64,000 bases of DNA, taken from positions 74,958,001 through 75,022,000 of the forward strand of contig OX597824.1 in the NCBI GenBank assembly GCA_951406725.2, given 5' to 3'. The stretch's first letter is position 1, and each line of letters starts with the position of its first letter. Below, piece by piece: positions 15,027-31,010 of the stretch. The translations under genes and the position numbers were made by a program. Source of the stretch: Octopus vulgaris. Its lineage: Eukaryota. Below the pieces are notes generated by a model. That model was not told where the DNA came from, did not search any database, and saw nothing but the letters and a program-made list of their open reading frames with translations.

Positions 15027-15593
15027 AACTAGTTATAAATCACAGAGATGTGATGGGCATCAGCAATTACTAATAAAATTTTGAAGTCAGTTGTATTTTC
15101 TTTTGTATAAATTTCAGCTTCAGGAACAAAATATTAATAAAAACCAATTTTCGAATATTTCAGCATTCATCCATAATAGTTTTACTTGCACTCTAATGAA
15201 CTTGGGTGAGTATTTTTATTCCCTCCTGATTTCACGTAGATTAAAAACCCTACTGATCAATAATGATTTCTTAATAGTCATCTAATGCGTTATTGCATAA
15301 TGATAATGTAATTCGATCATTAGATGTTTTGGATTCGTTAACCGTTTCTTTTATCTCTCTGTTTTTGACATAAAAGCTCTCTTAGAATTTTTCTTTCAGA
15401 ATAGGCCAGTTTCATTTACGTCAAATATTTTTTTTTGTTAAAGAACAAGAACATTCCTCAATTATCTTGGCTAATTCGCCACAAACTCGACAGTTTTCTT
15501 GGCATTTGATCTGCTTTCGCTATGCGGAAGGGTATTATGAAGAAAAGTTCGCTTTAGAAATTGTTCATGTCATCACTTTCTGCCAGAAAATCC

Positions 15594-15747
15594 TGACAAC
15601 CGATGCTGGTGTGTTTACGTCCCCATAACTTAGCGGTTCGGCAAAAGACACCGATAGAATAAGAATAAGTCCTGGGGTCGATTTGCTTGACTAAAGGCGG
15701 TGCTCCAGCATGGCCGCAGTCAAATGACTGAAACAAGTAAAAGAGTA
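15594..15747 (+). mobile_element. SINE family B 3' half
   Basis: gacaaccgatgctgg...gactgaaacaagtaaaagagt. Confidence 0.85.
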
Positions 15748-15881
15748 TATGTGTGTGTGTGAGAGAGTGTGTGCATGTGAGAGAGTGTTTGTGTGCGTGT
15801 ATGTGCGTGTGTGCGTTTGTGTGTGTGTGTGTTTATAAATAGGGGGGGTGAAACAAATGGGAAGAATGAGCTCAAATATAC

Positions 15882-15987
<106 letters not shown>

Positions 15988-16544
15988 CACACACACACAC
16001 TTTTCCCTTTCTTTACTTATTGGATCCAGATCAGAAGTCGGCAAACGTCTTCTGTTATTGATGCATTCATGGAATCGTTAAATTATCGACTCCTTCATCA
16101 TGTAAATCTCGGAAATAATACTAAAAAGTATAATTAAATAAAAGTAAATTCTCAATATAAAAGCAAACATTTCTTCGATCTTTTGTGCCCTTACCGCTTT
16201 TTCCATGCGAAACTTTTACAGAAATTTAATGAAAATACTTAAAATTTGATAAAGAACGATAAAAATTCAGCCATATTGACATAATCGAAATATTTCATGT
16301 GAAATCTGTGTTTGGTGAATACCAGTTATTGCATCGATATTAGTGAGTTTTAGCACACTTCCAGATTTATTTCCTTGATAATTCAGAACACGTAATGCTC
16401 AAAATCCTTTCAGGTGTTTATGGACCCCTTGCATAGCCACATAGAACCAGCATTGTCGACCCTTGTCTAGAGGAAAAGTAATAAGTGCCCATGGTCTTTG
16501 TAACCATCAATTCTGCACCTAGAACGGGTGAGATTGGTGCCATA

Positions 16545-16830
16545 AATGTACCTCTTAAACCTTTGTGAGTCAATAACTACAGGAAATACATGAGAAGGGA
16601 GGGAATTCCAGAGTGATGACGTTCTGGAAAGGAAGGGCTAGGCGTAGGCATTAGTGTGGAGTATATTAAGGGTAAAAGGAAAAGAGGCGAATGGAATAGG
16701 GAGCACATAAGTGGAGGTCCCAGCTAGATCCAAGTATCAAAGGTCATTATAGTAGCGGTAAAGAAGTACAAAGAGAAGAGGTAGCACAGCTATGAGTCGG
16801 AAGCTATCTGTCCTAATACTGGGACAGATT
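16545..16830 (-). mobile_element. CR1/L2-group LINE 3' fragment
   Basis: Translates to ..FLSRTSSLWNSLPSHVFP..; similar to 30394-30654. Confidence 0.55.
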
Positions 16831-16849
16831 CCAGTTGTATCAAGGTGTA

Positions 16850-17130
16850 GCGAGAACCAATTTCTTCCCATTCGGTTTTGTTTTCAGTAGCCGCTCTAAC
16901 CTGTTTAGACAGACTTCTTTCACATTTCCTTTCATATTCTCACTTAGAACTTTATCCAGCTATAAAATGCCCTGATATTTGTATTCACTATCCTTAGGGT
17001 CACCAAACGACTCACCATCAGGCAACTCAATCCCACTATTCCATACACATCTACTTCCCTTCATAGTCAAGGTGGCACACGTTGCAATACCGAAATCCAT
17101 CTCAATGTGTTTACAGTACCATAAATCCAG
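16850..17130 (-). mobile_element. R4/Dong-like RT C-terminal fragment
   Basis: IEMDFGIATCATLTMK..GIELPDGE..YKYQGIL; homologous to 29270-29440. Confidence 0.65.
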
Positions 17131-17424
17131 AATTTATGTTGTATGGGGTTTAGTAAACCTGTATGTGTGTTTATGTTGTTCATGTACGTGCTGTTGGTCA
17201 CTCTGGTATATTTCTCTTTATCATCTATTCCTTACTTATTCCAGTCATTAGATAGTGGCCATGATGGAGCACCACCATAAATAATAGAATGCCAATCAGT
17301 CGGGTGACCCTTTCTAGATGCTGTCCGCAATGTCTGCGTTGTAAACCAGCAACTCTGTCCCAGTTGTAAGGGCAATACTCTAATTGCGAGCATCGCCTGT
17401 GCCTTTTAGAGTATTAACAATAGT

Positions 17425-17960
17425 TTCAAATTTTAGTACAAAGCAAGCAACTGGTAATTATTTCATCGACCCGAAAGGATGAAAGGCAAAGTCGACAACG
17501 GTGGAATTTGAACTCAAAACGTAAAGACAGACGAAATGCTTTTAAGCATTTTCCCCGGCGCGGTAACGATTCTGCCGGCTCACCGCCTTTTTGGCGGGGA
17601 GTATTAATAATGAAGTATCTTCTGGCCTTGAAGAAAATCACTAGTTGTTGAAATGTGGTCAACCTTGCTTATTATCCTTTCGGGGTCGATAAAATAAGTA
17701 CCAGCTAAATACTGGAATCGTTATAATCGATTAGCCCCCTTCCCCCAAAATTTCAGGTCATATGCCTATAGGGATTATTAATATTTACAGGACGGCAAGC
17801 TGGCAGAATCGTTTACATGGTTTATGTCCTGACTTCAAATACAGCCGAGGTCAACTTTGCCTTTCGTCCTTTGGCGATCAATGAAAGAAAGTAACAATCA
17901 AGTACTAGGGTCGATACAATCGACTAAACTCTACCCCAGAAAACTGCTGGCCTAGTGCCA
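17425..17960. mobile_element. Cluster of degenerate SINE family A pieces (both orientations)
   Basis: Nin-like domain copies at ~17470 (-), ~17675 (+), ~17860 (+). Confidence 0.7.
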
Positions 17961-17985
17961 ATATTTGAAACGGATATTTGAGAGA

Positions 17986-18028
<43 letters not shown>

Positions 18029-18048
18029 AATATATATTTTTTTTTTTT

Positions 18049-18451
18049 TACTTGTTTCAGTCATTTGACTGCGGCCATGCTGGAGCACCGCCTTTAATCG
18101 AGCAACTCGACCCCGGGACTTATTCTTTTGTAAACCCAGTACTTATTCTATCGGTCTCATTTGCCGAACCGCTAAGTAACGGGGACATAAACACACCAGC
18201 ATCGGTTGTCAAGCAATGTTAGGGGGACAAACACAGACACACAAACACACACACGCATATATATATATATATATATACATATATACGACGGGCTTCTTTC
18301 AGTTTCCGTCTACCAAATCCACTCACAAAGCATTGGTCGGCCCGGGGCTATAGCAGAAGACACTTGCCCAAGATGCCACGCAGTGGGACTGAACCCGGAA
18401 CCATGTGGTTGGTTAGCAAGCTACTTACCACACAGCCACTCCTGCGCCTAT
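18049..18451 (-). mobile_element. SINE family B, full length
   Basis: Close match to other family B copies. Confidence 0.9.
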
Positions 18452-18637
18452 ATTGAGAGAATTTGGAAACAACAAGAAGGAGTACAGTTTGGACATTTAT
18501 TTTCAGTCACTACAGTTGTTTCTAAGCAACTTAGTTCTCCAACGTAGTTCACCTCGTGGAGCTTTTAGGTGTTTTCGTTCAATAAACACGATCCTCCGAC
18601 CGCTAGTCCGCTGCCCTAACCACTGGGCCATTGCGCC

Positions 18638-18735
<98 letters not shown>

Positions 18736-18930
18736 CTGAAAAAAATTGGAGTCAGCAAGGAGGAGTACGGTTGGACATTTATTATCAATCACTACAATTG
18801 TTTCTACGCGACGTAGTTCTCCAGGCGTGCAGGTGAACTACGTTGGAGAACTAAGTTGCTTAGAAACAACTGTAGTGACTGAAAATAAATGTCCAAACTG
18901 TACTCCTTGTTGTTTCCAAATTCTCTCAAT
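18452..18930. mobile_element. Fold-back (100 bp arms) enclosing a SINE-C head, (CT)/(TA)n and a paralogous arm; three hammerhead-like A6G motifs
   Basis: 18452-18554 inverted to 18831-18930; motifs at 18507-18547 (-), 18790-18829 (-), 18838-18878 (+). Confidence 0.7.
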
Positions 18931-19352
18931 TATCTATTCACACACGACAGATACCCAAAACACAAACCTGGAAGTATGTATAGTACTACTACTGGATAAC
19001 ACAGGATGAAATCTGAAGGTAGACCAGCTTTATAAAGTACTCTACTACGTTCTTAACAGAATATACCATTACCCCGCTACCCCCCCCCCCCACACATATT
19101 GACAGAAATACTAAAAACAACGTTTTCAGCACCAAACAAGATAACGTGATGGAAGCAGATGGTTTATCTTGTCACTATTTCAGTCGAATTAATATCATTT
19201 CTAAGTCACCATGACAACATTGCAGCTTCGATAAACATAATTTTATTTAACCAGTGAGATTTATCTTACAATTTTCAATTATCTTCGTTTTATTTATTCA
19301 GTAAAATTTGCGAAAATCTTCTTTTACGATCGCTTCTGTCTGCTCTCTCCCT

Positions 19353-19397
<45 letters not shown>

Positions 19398-19787
19398 GTC
19401 TCTCTCACTCATTCTCTCCCTCTCTCTCATCACTTACTCTCTCTCTTTCTCCCTCTCTAACACCCCTTTTCTCTCTCTCATTCACTCTCTCTCTGTCTTT
19501 CTGTCTGTCTCATTCACTCACTCACTCTCTCTTTCTCACTCACTCTCTCTCTCTCTCCATCTCTAACTACCCTTTTCTCTCTCTCAATCACTCTCTCTGT
19601 CTTTCTGTCTCTGTCTGTCTATCTGTCTGTCTCTATCTGTCTGTCTGTCTGTCTGTCTATCTCTCTCTCACTCACACACACACACAGATATACATACACA
19701 CATTCTTTGCCAGCTTATCTTCCGTTCGCACACAAAAGCACATGCACACACCTGTGTATGTATGTGTGCGTGTATGAGCAATCGAGC

Positions 19788-19854
<67 letters not shown>

Positions 19855-20135
19855 TGTTTGACGATATACTTAAATATATTTAACACAACGAAATAGAAAC
19901 TTGTTTATACATATTGATATATATATGAACAAAAAATACATGTATATACATATACACGCATGCATAAATATATACATATATATTTACACATTCATATATA
20001 CATATACATACATACACGCATACATACATACATCCATACATCCATACATACATACACACACACATACATACATACATACATACATACATACATACATACA
20101 TACATACATACATACATACATACATGCACGCACAC

Positions 20136-20205
<70 letters not shown>

Positions 20206-20687
20206 ACCTATATAACAAAAGAGAAAGTTGAAAAATTGTTTGGTGTTATTTATTCACCATTACACACGTTTCGTTTACTAATAGGAATTACAGAGTTTTA
20301 TCTGTTAGATAGACATGTAAGAAATTCCCTATTAGAAATTCTTCAGACAAGGAATCAAATAATACAAAATTTACAATTAGATGAAGCCTTACTATATAGT
20401 TTGTCATCAAGAGCACTACAGATAGTTATGAGAAGGAATAAAGAGAAAATCAAGTAGTAAAGAAAAGGAAAGAGAGAGCTTCATATAAACATACATCCAC
20501 ACACACAAACACACATGCACGCACACTCACATACACGCTCTTAAAAAGGTTTTATCCCCAAAATATATACTGTTCCGTATTAACGTGTTGAAAAATATAT
20601 ATCTTTCTACTTGTTCAACAATACTTGTTCTACAATAGATTTCAACGCTTCAAAAAGAGCTTATGTTACTTTACATATGACGTAATC

Positions 20688-20798
<111 letters not shown>

Positions 20799-20822
20799 TA
20801 TTATTATTATTATTATTATTAT

Positions 20823-21383
20823 AAATGCCCTGATGTAGCACTAGACAGTGACTCTCGTGGCTTCTGATCTTAACTGATTGGAAGTGTTATCATGTACATT
20901 GTTTTGTCTTGGTATAAAAGATGGGCTACAGCAAATATTCTGCTCAGTACCACAGATTTGCTTGTCAGTTGTTTGACCGTAACCATTTGAGCATGTCCCT
21001 TAGAGGCTGACGATATGTGCATCTCTGATCACATCTGGAGCATCATAGGAGCATCATAGCTATGTGTCGAGAGGGATTCTTTGGGGTTTGAATAATTCAC
21101 CTCTGGAAACATGGGTGTTTCGTTCAACATCTTTAAACAACCCTTATTCAGGGACCTTTTGAGCGGGATGCATTGCTCGACCAGAAGAAAATTCTAACTG
21201 GGCCCCACCTGCAAAGTCATGTGCTGTTTATCTTGATATAAGATCACCATGTCGCGCACATATGGTTGTGATGCATGTGCCTGGTGTATCCTTTATCAGA
21301 TGGGTAGTCATGATGGGTATACTGGGCTTCGTATATTTTTACCCCAGTGTCACTTTGATGGCATGCACTGCTCTCTCACTCAG
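20823..21383. mobile_element. Interspersed repeat between (TAT)n and (TAA)n tracts; second copy 27040-27505
   Basis: ttatcatgtacattgttttg...gggctacagcaaatattctgctc...atcagatgggtagtc shared by both copies. Confidence 0.75.
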
Positions 21384-21406
21384 TAATAATGATGATAATA
21401 ATGATG

Positions 21407-21468
<62 letters not shown>

Positions 21469-21899
21469 TATCCAACAATAGTAATAATTGTTATTATGTA
21501 AGAAATCATTGTAGAAATCACAAAAATTGGAACAAAAGAAAGTGACTCTGGTTGAAACGCCTACAAAGGAAATATTTAGATGCAAGCAAATAATGTGAGA
21601 AAATAAACACAAGGAAACGAAATAAAAAGAAACATTTTCGTAAACCTTTCTAATGTCAACAATAGAAAATAAAGAAGTGCCGAAGTGCAAAACTAAGAAA
21701 CAAAACAGAAAATGTAGCCGAATGAAAGAGGAAACGTTATGAGGAGATTCTTGTTAAATCTCAAATACGGCTTTATGAAAAAGGAATGTTTTTTCTTTGA
21801 AGAAATCAAAAGACTTTGACTTCAAACAAAAATAAAAATGATATCAAGTATAATAAAGAATTAAATGAAAACAGCAAATAATACACAAACCAATGTTGT

Positions 21900-24000
<2,101 letters not shown>

Positions 24001-24289
24001 CACACAGGTATATGTGGATGTTAAAGATCAGTTTACTGATTAACAACACCTTACCTAAAAGGCTCTCTGAGGAGAGGAATAAAAAAAAATAAAGCTTTGT
24101 TTGGCATGAATCGATTGCTCAGAGGCTTTTGACAGCATTTTCCACTTGCGCATTCGGAAGCATTAGCCGTTGGTAAGCCAACTCATGAGATATACTATAA
24201 GTAAATTGCTAGGAATTTTCAAGGAACTAAACAAAAGAGAACATTGCGAAGATGAAACGGATTAGTTTCACAATATGATTATTCCAAGG

Positions 24290-24640
24290 GAGAAAAAAAA
24301 TCGATAAAACCAATAATACCGTGAAAGATAAAGAAACTGAGATAAGAGAATTAGACCAAACACAGTCTTGGAAATACTTAAGGATTAATGAGCTAGACAG
24401 AAAATATTAGGCAGGAATATTATAGATGAAATAGATTAATACTTAAAATTGAGATAAATGCAAACGGTAATGCAATAGGTATTAATACACTAGCTGTTCC
24501 ATAAATAAGTTACATCTATAATATTTTCAGTTGGAAGCTAAGTAAATTGGTAAGATACATCAAATGAAAAACGAAACACAAGGAAACGATAATTGCATTT
24601 AGAATTCATGAGCCAAACCCAGATATATGAAGATAATATT
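24290..24640 (+). mobile_element. Highly decayed R4-like RT fragment
   Basis: IRELDQTQSWKYLRINE..GINTLAVP remnants. Confidence 0.45.
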
Positions 24641-24804
24641 GAGTGTAATTACTGGATGATCTGAGTTTTCTGTAATGAGTAAAAAATCAGTTTTAAAATA
24701 ATTTCTGTAGGAGTAAATATATATATATATATATATATAGTGATTGTTAAAGAGGAAGCTATTAGAATGTGCGGATTAAAAGTATAAATAATTCATTCCC
24801 TTAA

Positions 24805-25180
24805 TGATTGCTTCGAATTTTGGTACAAGGCCAGCAATCTTGAGGGTAGGGGTGAAAGTCGATTGCATTGACTCCCGTACTTAACTGGTACTTTATTTTA
24901 TCGACCCCAGGAGGACGAACGCTAAAACTGATCTCGGTCTGATTTGAACTCGAAATGTAAAGAGCGGGAAGAAATGCCACGAAGCATTTTGTTCGACTCC
25001 GTCATTGGTTTCTCATAAAGGCACGAGGCCAATACTTCTGAGGAGAGGCGGTAGTTAGTTGATACCATCGACCTAAGTACTTGGCTGTATTTTATTTTAT
25101 CAGCTTCAAAATGACAAAAATCAAGGTTGACGCCGTCGGGATTTGGAATCAGAATAAAACGATTCTGCTAATTCATCACT
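24805..25180 (-). mobile_element. Two degenerate SINE family A copies
   Basis: aactggtactttattttatcgaccc...atttgaactc. Confidence 0.6.
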
Positions 25181-25513
25181 CTAATAGCAGTAGCAGCGGC
25201 GGCAGCAGTAGCAGCGGCGGCAGTCGCAGCAACAGCAGTCGCAGCGACAACAGCAGCAGTGGTAGTAGCAGCAACAGCAGCAGCAACAGCAGCAACAACT
25301 GCAATAAGGAAAAAAAAGGCTTCGGAGGGGCGATGCATACACTGCGCGAAGATAAATTTTAACGCTAATTATAGTGTGGCTTACAATGCGTTGCTTACCT
25401 ATGCTTTTTAATTGAACTGAATAAAATTTTTTTAAGAATCACCATTATAGGTATTTATACTCCGGTGAAATTAAGAAATCAACTTGTAAATAAACGAAAC
25501 CCTCGAATCCATC

Positions 25514-25559
<46 letters not shown>

Positions 25560-25817
25560 CGCATATGTCTGTGGGTATGTATGTAGGCACACGTGTTTAC
25601 ACGCATATGCACACCATGATCTATTCACACGCAGACGAGGGTCGATTCATGTGAAAAAGAAGTGAACAAAATGTTATGACTATTTGCTTATCGGGAAATT
25701 TGCAAGTTCGATTTTTTTGTACATTTTTTTTTCAGTATCACCATTATAGGTACTCGTACTCCGGTGAAATTAAGAAATCAAGTCTTAAATAAACGAATCC
25801 CTTGAATCCATCACTGT

Positions 25818-26200
25818 GGGAAGCACTCCGTCGGTTACGACGATGAGGGCTCCGGTTGATCCGAATCAACGCAACAGCCTGCTCGTGAAATTAACGTGTA
25901 AGTGGGTGAGCACTCCACAGACACGTGTATCCTTAACATAGTTCTCGGGGATATTCAGCGTGACACAGAGAGTGACAAGGCCGGCCCTTTGAAATACAGG
26001 TACAACAGAAACAGGAAGTAAGAGTGAGAGAAAGTTGTGGTGAAAGAGTACAGCAGGGATCACCACCATCCCCTGCCGGAGCCTCGTGGAGCTTTAGGTG
26101 TTTTCGCTCAATAAACACTCACAACGCCCGGTCTGGGAATCGAAACCGCGATCCTATGACCGCGAGTCCGCTGCCCTAACCACTGGGCCATTGCGCCTCC
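25818..26200 (-). mobile_element. tRNA-derived SINE family C, full length with TSD
   Basis: Head ggaggcgcaatggcccagtggttagg...ggtttcgattccc (A/B boxes); flanking direct repeat (tc)catcactgt. Confidence 0.9.
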
Positions 26201-26737
26201 ATCACTGTACACACACAGAGTCGCATATGTCTGTGGGTATGTATGTAGGCACATGTGTTTACGCGCATATGCACACCATGATCTATTCACACGCAGACGA
26301 GGGTCGATTCATGTGAAAAAGAAGTACATTCATGTGAAAAAGAAGTACATCATGAACTATACACACGCAGACAATTCATATGAAAAAGTAAGTGAACAAA
26401 ATAGTATGACTACTTAATTATCGGAAAATTTGTAAGTTTGATTTCCTGCTTTATTTCTAACGATAATCAAACCAAATTTTCATCATTCTGAGCCATTCAT
26501 CCTGTGAGTATTTCTGCCAAATTTGGTGAAAATCCGTTCAGCCGTTTTCCAGTAATTTTGCAAACACACAGACAAACAGACAAAGACGAGTGATTACAAT
26601 ACCGTGCAGAATTTGAACCTAGAACGTAAAAACTGACGAAATGCCGCTAAGCGTTTTGTCCGGTATACTAACAATTCGCCAGCTCACCGTATTAATAATA
26701 ATAAGAAGAACAACAACGATAATAATAATAATGATTA

Positions 26738-26769
<32 letters not shown>

Positions 26770-26789
26770 ATAATAATAATAATAATAAT

Positions 26790-27001
26790 CCTTTCTACTA
26801 AAGGCACAAGGCCTGAAATTTTGAGAAAAGAGTGAGTCGATCTGATCGACCCCAGTACGCAACTGGTACTTAATTTATCGACCCCGAAAGGATGAAAGGT
26901 AAAGTCGACCTCGGCGGAATTTGAACTCAGAACGTAGCGACGGGCGAAATACCGCTAAGCATTTCGTCCAGCGCGAAAACGATTTTGCCAGCTCGCTGCC
27001 T
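26790..27001 (-). mobile_element. SINE family A
   Basis: Match to other family A copies. Confidence 0.85.
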
Positions 27002-27545
27002 TTAATAAAAACAACAATAATAATAATAATAGCAATAATATACCAGGCTTTTGTTCTTAACTGTTTATAAGTATTATCATGTACATTGTTTTGTTTGGGC
27101 ATAAAAAATGGGCTACAGCAAATATTCTGCTCAATACCACAGAATTGCTTGTCAGATGTTTGACTTTAATCAGTTGATCATGTCCCTTAGTTGCTGACAA
27201 TATGTCCATCTCTGATGACGAGCAGGAGTAGTGGGGGAGCATCATAGCCATGTGTTAAGAGGGATTATCTGGAGTGGGAAAAATTCACTTCTGGAAACAT
27301 TGGTGTTTCGTTCATCATCCTTAAAAGAACCTTGTCCAGGGACCTTTTGAGCAGGATGAGCTACTCAAACTGAGGAAAATTGTAACTGAGCCCCACCTCC
27401 AAGGTCATGCGATGTTTGTGTTGATATGAAATTACCATGTCGCGCACGTATGGTCGTGATGCATGTGCCTGGTGTACCCTTATCAGATGGGTAGTCGTGA
27501 TAAAATAGCGGTGATAAAAATACCGGTTGGTAGTAACCTAAAAAC

Positions 27546-27850
27546 GTGGAGGCACATGGCCTAGTGGTTAGAGTAGCGGACTCGCGATCGAGGGATCGCG
27601 GGTTCGAATCTCAGACCGGACGATGTGTCTGTTTATGAGCGAAACACCTAAGCTCCACGCGGCTCCGGCAGAAGGTAATGGCGAAACTTCTGCTGACTCT
27701 TTCGCCACAAGTTTCTCTCACTCTTTCCTCCTACATCATGCAGCTCACCTGCGATGGACCGGCGTCCTGTCCAGGTGGGGAACCTATATGCCAAGAAACC
27801 GGAAAACCGGCCCTTATGAGCCAGGCATAGCTCGAGAAGGAGCAAACAAA
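27546..27850 (+). mobile_element. SINE with family C tRNA head and Meta-domain-like 3' module
   Basis: tggcctagtggttag...ggttcgaatctc; cctgcgatggaccggcgtcctgtccagg; tail also at 36093-36140. Confidence 0.8.
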
Positions 27851-27879
27851 AAACCTAAAAACACACCTCATTTGTGAGT

Positions 27880-29460
27880 GAAAATGCCAAGCAAAATAAA
27901 TGACGATAACGGTGTGAACGGGACTGGAAACAATGGTGAAGGTGCCGCACCCGGCAGGTGTCCCATTGTGCAGCAGGGTGGGCTCAGTGTTAATCCAGCC
28001 ACTGCTAGCAATGCTACAAGGCATAAGTGGAATAAACAAGTAAACATGATGGTTATGGAGTGTTACTACTGGGGAGCACCCATGTGAATGCGAATGGCGT
28101 GCCTGTCAGAGGGTACATAAAACGAATGCACAGTAAATGGTCACCAATGGATCTGTTTGAAATTACTAAACAGAGATTATGTGACCAGGCAAGAGCAATA
28201 CGGAAAAATGGATGATTAACAGAACTGGAGCTAGAAGCTATTAAAAGAAGGATATTGGGTGATGCTGGGCATACGAGAAACGAAAGTAGTATAGCGGAAG
28301 AGATACAAAATTGTTCGCAAGAATATACTATCGTGAATTGTGAAAGAATTGAGGTCAGTGACTGCTTAAACAATAAAAGCCGATTGATAATAGACAGGAT
28401 TTTGGATCAATTAAATACAGAAGGGACAGAATTTATGTGCGACTTTAAGAAGGTTAACCAATGAATACTAAATCAAGAGACGAGTAAAGTCAATAATGTA
28501 TTGAGGCACATTGAACCAAAGAACATCACACAAATAAATAATCTTATCAAAGCTGCTAGTAGGATTATGGCAGAAAGGATGGGATTGAGAACTTCTGAGA
28601 GCAGAACAGCGACGAATAGCAGAGGAAATAAACAACCTTTGTGGAAAAGAGAATCTCAGAAGATATAAAACTTCTTGATATAAGCAGTGTAATGTCAATG
28701 CCTGTTAGGAAAAGAAATGGAGAACTTAAGAATGAGTGCAAATTCGAAAAACTTAGGAAGAATTATGGTGTAGATACAAAAGTCTTGAATGTTATAATTG
28801 AAGAACTGAAGCAGCGCATACTTGCAACCAAAAAGAAAAAAGCAAAGCTAACTAGGTTTGAACCACGGATTAAGCAATACCGACAAAACAAATTGTTTAG
28901 AACTGACCAAAAAAGATTTTATCAAGAGATTGATATATTCAGTATAGAAGACAATATAAGAGAATTTATTAGCTGTAGCATGAAGAAATGGAACGAAGAT
29001 CTCTACTCGGGTGATACAGTCTTAGGGAAAGTTAATCCCAAAAGAGAAATTCTCCAGAGGGACTCGTTGTCCCCTTCAATATTTTGTCTTATGTTTGATT
29101 CCCTTCAGCTTAGTATTAAGGAAGGCAAAGACAGGGTTTCGGTTCAGAAATAGTAATGGAAAAATTAACCATTTGCTCTACATGGACGATCTGAAGCTTT
29201 TTAGTAAGAATGAAATAGAGATAGATTCCTTAATACAGACTGCAAGACTCTTCAGCAAAGATATAGGCGTGAAATTTGACATAGATCAGTGTGCAATATT
29301 AGCCATGAGAATGAAACAGGTAGTCAACAACAAAGATATCCAATTACCAGATGGCCATACATTAAAATCATTGACAGGAGGAGGGAATTATAAGTATCTA
29401 GAAGTATTAGAATCTGACAGAGTACTAACTACAGAAACGAAAGCGAAAATATATTTTAAT
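27880..29460 (+). pseudogene. R4/Dong-like non-LTR retrotransposon ORF remnant (N-terminus plus partial RT, internally deleted)
   Basis: RHKWNKQVNMMVMECYY; QRLCDQARAIRKNG; QNKLFRTDQKRFYQEI; LQRDSLSP; INHLLYMDDLKLF. Confidence 0.85.
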
Positions 29461-29551
29461 AGTGAGTATATTTGAATAGTGAGTATACTTTAATAGTGAG
29501 TTATTTGTGGTTTTAGAGCGACAGCTCTCTTTATAACAAGCGGTATTTTAA

Positions 29552-29937
29552 TCTCTCTATATATAAACGGCAGTTTGTCTGTCTGCGTGTCTGTGTGTCT
29601 GTTAGGTTGTACCCTCACCCTGACCACGGCTTTCAACCGATTCTGATGAAACTTGACACACACATAGCCCAATGTCATAATTCAAAACTAACGCAGCGAA
29701 AATTTTGAAAAGTTCCCCCAGTTCTGAAAAAAATTGATAAATTCGACATGGGGTTGAGAATCAGAAACACAAACCACAGACTGTCTAGGGGACGCAACTC
29801 GACCTTTTTAACTCCCTATAAAAAATTTACCATAATTTTTTTCCCATTTTTTTTGCTATTTTTTGGCTATAACTCTCTAAAAATGCTTTATAGTTATTTC
29901 CCTTACAAACCCGAGCAACGCCGGGCGATACTGCTAG
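29552..29937 (+). mobile_element. Non-autonomous Helitron-like element
   Basis: 5' TC, subterminal hairpin cccgagcaacgccggg, 3' CTAG, inserted between A and T. Confidence 0.8.
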
Positions 29938-30389
29938 TACTCCACTAAATTTTGTTTAAACATATATGTGTATAAATGCTTGTGCTTGTGTGTCTCTCAC
30001 AACTTGACAACCGGTGTTGGTTTGTTTATGTTCCCATAACCTTGTAGCTTAGCAAAAAAGACCAATAGATTACGTACAAAGAGTGAAAAAAACATAATAC
30101 TGGGGACCTTTGCACGACTAAACCCTTAAAGGCGATGCACCAGAATGGCCACAGTCCAATGTATGGAACACGTAAACGAATACATAACTGAATAAACGGT
30201 GGTATTTTGTAATGGTTGAGTCGGATGGCGTGGTCGGGTGTGAACGGAGGAAGAGGAGCTGTATCTATGACCTACCTGTCTTTTTTTGTAAGCATTTGCT
30301 CGTTACAAGGTCCTTAGATCACTGAAAACGTAAGAGCTACTAGAATAAAATGGACGCTCGACAGAAGTCAATAAGTGACGATGTACATT

Positions 30390-30870
30390 AGACTTAAAAG
30401 ACCAGAGGTTTTATTGAAGAGGAAAACAAGACTGGAAGGGAATTCCAAAGTTCAGAGGTGCGAGGGAAGAAATTTGTACTGTAAAGTGCTTTATGACAGT
30501 TAGGGAGTTGCACTGATGAGAACTGGATGCAAGATCGCTGATAAGTTCTTAAAGGAGGAACCAGAGAAGAGAGCTCAAGTGAACAATATCCATGGAAATA
30601 CTTATAGAAAAGAGACAAGGAAGTCACACGACGACGATGAGAGAGTGAATCCAATTTAGAATATAGATCAGGACCAATAGCCTAAGAAATAAGGCGTTGA
30701 ATGCGGTCCAACAGAGTTAAACAATCGGCAGGAACACCTGCCCATATGTCACAACAGAACTCAATGCAGGGGCTAATGGTGGACTTACAAAGATAAAGAA
30801 TAGTCTCAGGTGTTAGATAACTCCGAACTAAATTTAATGTAATAAGATAAAATCCGTAATGTGAGTCTCC
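30390..30870 (-). mobile_element. CR1/L2-group LINE ORF2 C-terminal fragment
   Basis: YLCKSTISPCIEFCCDIW..LLDRIQR; SLSHRRRVTSLSLFYKY..FFPRTSELWNSLP. Confidence 0.8.
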
Positions 30871-30886
30871 TACATTCATACATACA

Positions 30887-30960
<74 letters not shown>

Positions 30961-31010
30961 AAATATTGAATTTCTAAATCTCTCGTAGAGACATGTACGG
31001 TGGTGGGGCG

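Noticed and set aside
26120-26200. tRNA gene-like sequence (also 27546-27620, 18590-18641)
   Set aside because: SINE heads continuing into a SINE body, with no proper acceptor stem
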